A DNA stretch of 18,394 nt from Acidobacteriota bacterium (GTDB lineage Bacteria; Acidobacteriota; Thermoanaerobaculia; Multivoradales; UBA5704), in the NCBI GenBank assembly GCA_040005235.1, contig JBDTZG010000086.1:1-18394 (forward strand). The letters run 5' to 3'. The notes beneath the pieces were generated by a model, which was not told the DNA's origin, did not search any database, and worked only from the letters and a program-made list of their open reading frames with translations. This document shows, piece by piece, positions 16,820 to 18,394 of the stretch. Made by a program: the position numbers and the translations under genes. How positions within the stretch are numbered: position 1 is the first letter of the stretch; each line of letters opens with the position of its first letter.

Positions 16820-17737
16820 ATGCCCGCTCCGGTCCTCACGGTCAGCCACCTCGAAAAGCGCTACGGCAAAACGCTCGCCGTCAACGACGTGTCGCTCGAA
16901 GTGTACGAGGGCGAGATCTTCGGGCTGATCGGTCCGAACGGAGCGGGCAAGACGACCACCATGGAGTGCCTGCAGGGGCTTCGCCGGCAAGACCGCGGCA
17001 CGCTCACCGTCCTCGGCCTTGATCCTCACCGGGACGCGACGAAGCTTCGCCAGCGGATCGGCGTGCAGCATCAAGAGGCGCACCTCCAGAAGCGGATCAA
17101 GGTGTGGGAGGCGGTGGACCTCTGGGCGTCGCTCTATCGAAGTGTGGTCGACGGCGACGCGCTGCTCGAGCGCCTGGGATTGACGCCTAAGCGCAACGCC
17201 TGGTTCATGACGCTTTCGGGCGGGCAGAAGCAGCGCCTGTTCATCGCGCTCGCCTTGATCCATGAGCCGGAGGTCGTATTTCTCGACGAGCTGACCACCG
17301 GCCTCGACCCGCAGGCGCGCCGCACGATCTGGGACCTGGTCAAAGGCATCCGCGAGCGCGGCACGACGGTCTTCTTGACCACCCACCTGATGGAAGAGGC
17401 TGAGCGGCTGTGCGACCGCGTTGCGATCATCGAGCACGGCCGCCTGATCGAGCTGGGCACGCCGGAAGAGTTGGTGCTGAGGCACTGCCCGGAGCGGACG
17501 GTCGTCTTCACGAGCGACGGGGAAGGGCTCTCCGAGCGATTGGGCGGCGTTCCCGGCGTGCGGTCGGCCACCAGCCAAGGGGCGACCCACACGCTCACCG
17601 GCGAGGGGGACGACTTCGTGACCGAAGTGATCGCGTTCGTCGCGCGCGAAGGGCTCCGCGTGCGTGGGTTTCGCACTGAAATGCCGACGCTCGAAGACGT
17701 CTTCTTGAAGCTCACCGGCCGCGGAATCAGGGACTGA
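16820..17737 (+). CDS. ABC transporter ATP-binding protein (ABC-2/DrrA-like exporter)
   Basis: Walker A GPNGAGKTT, signature LSGGQKQR, Walker B VVFLDE, LDP, H-loop TTHLMEEA, C-terminal PTLEDVFLKLTG. Confidence 0.93.
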   Translation: MPAPVLTVSHLEKRYGKTLAVNDVSLEVYEGEIFGLIGPNGAGKTTTMECLQGLRRQDRGTLTVLGLDPHRDATKLRQRIGVQHQEAHLQKRIKVWEAVDLWASLYRSVVDGDALLERLGLTPKRNAWFMTLSGGQKQRLFIALALIHEPEVVFLDELTTGLDPQARRTIWDLVKGIRERGTTVFLTTHLMEEAERLCDRVAIIEHGRLIELGTPEELVLRHCPERTVVFTSDGEGLSERLGGVPGVRSATSQGATHTLTGEGDDFVTEVIAFVAREGLRVRGFRTEMPTLEDVFLKLTGRGIRD

Positions 17738-17741
17738 TCCG

Positions 17742-18394
17742 ATGCTTAAAGGATTCTGGAAGCTCACATGGGTGGAGACCAAGGTGTTCGTTCGCGAACC
17801 GATGGGGTTGATCGGTACCCTGTTCATTCCGGTCGTGCTCTTTGTCGTGCTGGGCCGCAGTCTAGGTCTCCGCAAACCGACGACCGCCGTCGCCCCGCCG
17901 TTCAATCTGGCGATTCTCGCGGCGCTGTTCATCGCGATCAGCGCGGTGCTCTCTCTGGTCGCAATCATCTCGATCTACCGCGAAGGGGGAATTCTCAAAC
18001 GGCTGCGCGCCACCCCGCTTTCGCCGGTGACGATCCTCGGCTCGCAGGTGGTCCTGAAGCTTTTCTTCACGACGATCGGCTTGGGGCTTCTTCTGCTCGC
18101 CGGCCGGAAGGTCTTTCCGGGGGTGATGCAGGTGAACGTCTTGAGTTTCACCGCGGCCGTGCTGGTAAGCACCGCGAGCATTCTTTCTCTCGGCTTCGTG
18201 ATCGCGAGCCTCGTACCCACGGCGCGTTTCGCCCAGCCGATCGGCGGGGCGCTGCTCTATCCGATGATCTCGCTATCGGGCGTGTTCTTCCCAGTGGAGA
18301 CCTTGCCGACCTTCTGGCGCGTCATCGCCTACTGCCTACCGACGACCCACGCCGTATCGCTGATGAAAGGCGTCTGGGACGGCTCCGGCTGGGG
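17742..18394 (+). CDS. ABC-2 type permease, truncated by window end
   Basis: Manual translation from ATG 17742: MLKGFWKLTWVETKVFVREP..., YREGGILKRLRATPLSP, LSGVFFPVETLP.FWRVIAYCLPTTH; multiple hydrophobic segments; no stop before the end. Confidence 0.88.
   Translation, partial: MLKGFWKLTWVETKVFVREPMGLIGTLFIPVVLFVVLGRSLGLRKPTTAVAPPFNLAILAALFIAISAVLSLVAIISIYREGGILKRLRATPLSPVTILGSQVVLKLFFTTIGLGLLLLAGRKVFPGVMQVNVLSFTAAVLVSTASILSLGFVIASLVPTARFAQPIGGALLYPMISLSGVFFPVETLPTFWRVIAYCLPTTHAVSLMKGVWDGSGW

Noticed and set aside
15728-17968. 746-aa minus-strand ORF as a single protein
   Set aside because: Its first 430 or so residues are the antisense shadow of the ABC ATPase and permease; a good RBS, ATG and lipoprotein signal at 16672 mark the real start.
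16820-18394. ABC exporter as the dedicated RiPP transporter
   Set aside because: No C39 peptidase domain, and it is separated from the peptide-GT pair by three unrelated genes; nothing links them.
1-18394. CRISPR array, tRNA/rRNA, integrase or transposase
   Set aside because: No regularly spaced repeats, cloverleaf signatures or recombinase motifs were seen by eye.

Overview
High-GC bacterial window with two parts. (1) About 1-7700 is the right end of a probable defence island: a tightly coupled DISARM-like operon drmA (SF2 helicase) - drmB (DUF1998) - C5 cytosine methyltransferase - Vsr, with no drmC/drmD/drmE in view. It is followed by a frameshifted N-terminal remnant of a large DEAD/DEAH helicase on the minus strand and an apparent orphan 3' end of a gene, which together suggest an insertion or deletion junction near 7700. 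(2) About 7800-18394 looks like host backbone: a small coiled-coil hypothetical protein, a secreted DUF885 protein, a 52-aa peptide with a double-glycine-type leader directly followed by a stem-loop and a SunS-like GT2+TPR glycosyltransferase, an aldehyde dehydrogenase, a DEAD-box RNA helicase, a Cys-rich lipoprotein and an ABC-2 exporter that runs off the end. The best novelty candidate is the peptide + glycosyltransferase pair, a possible cysteine-free glycosylated RiPP. No tRNA, rRNA, CRISPR array or integrase was recognised.
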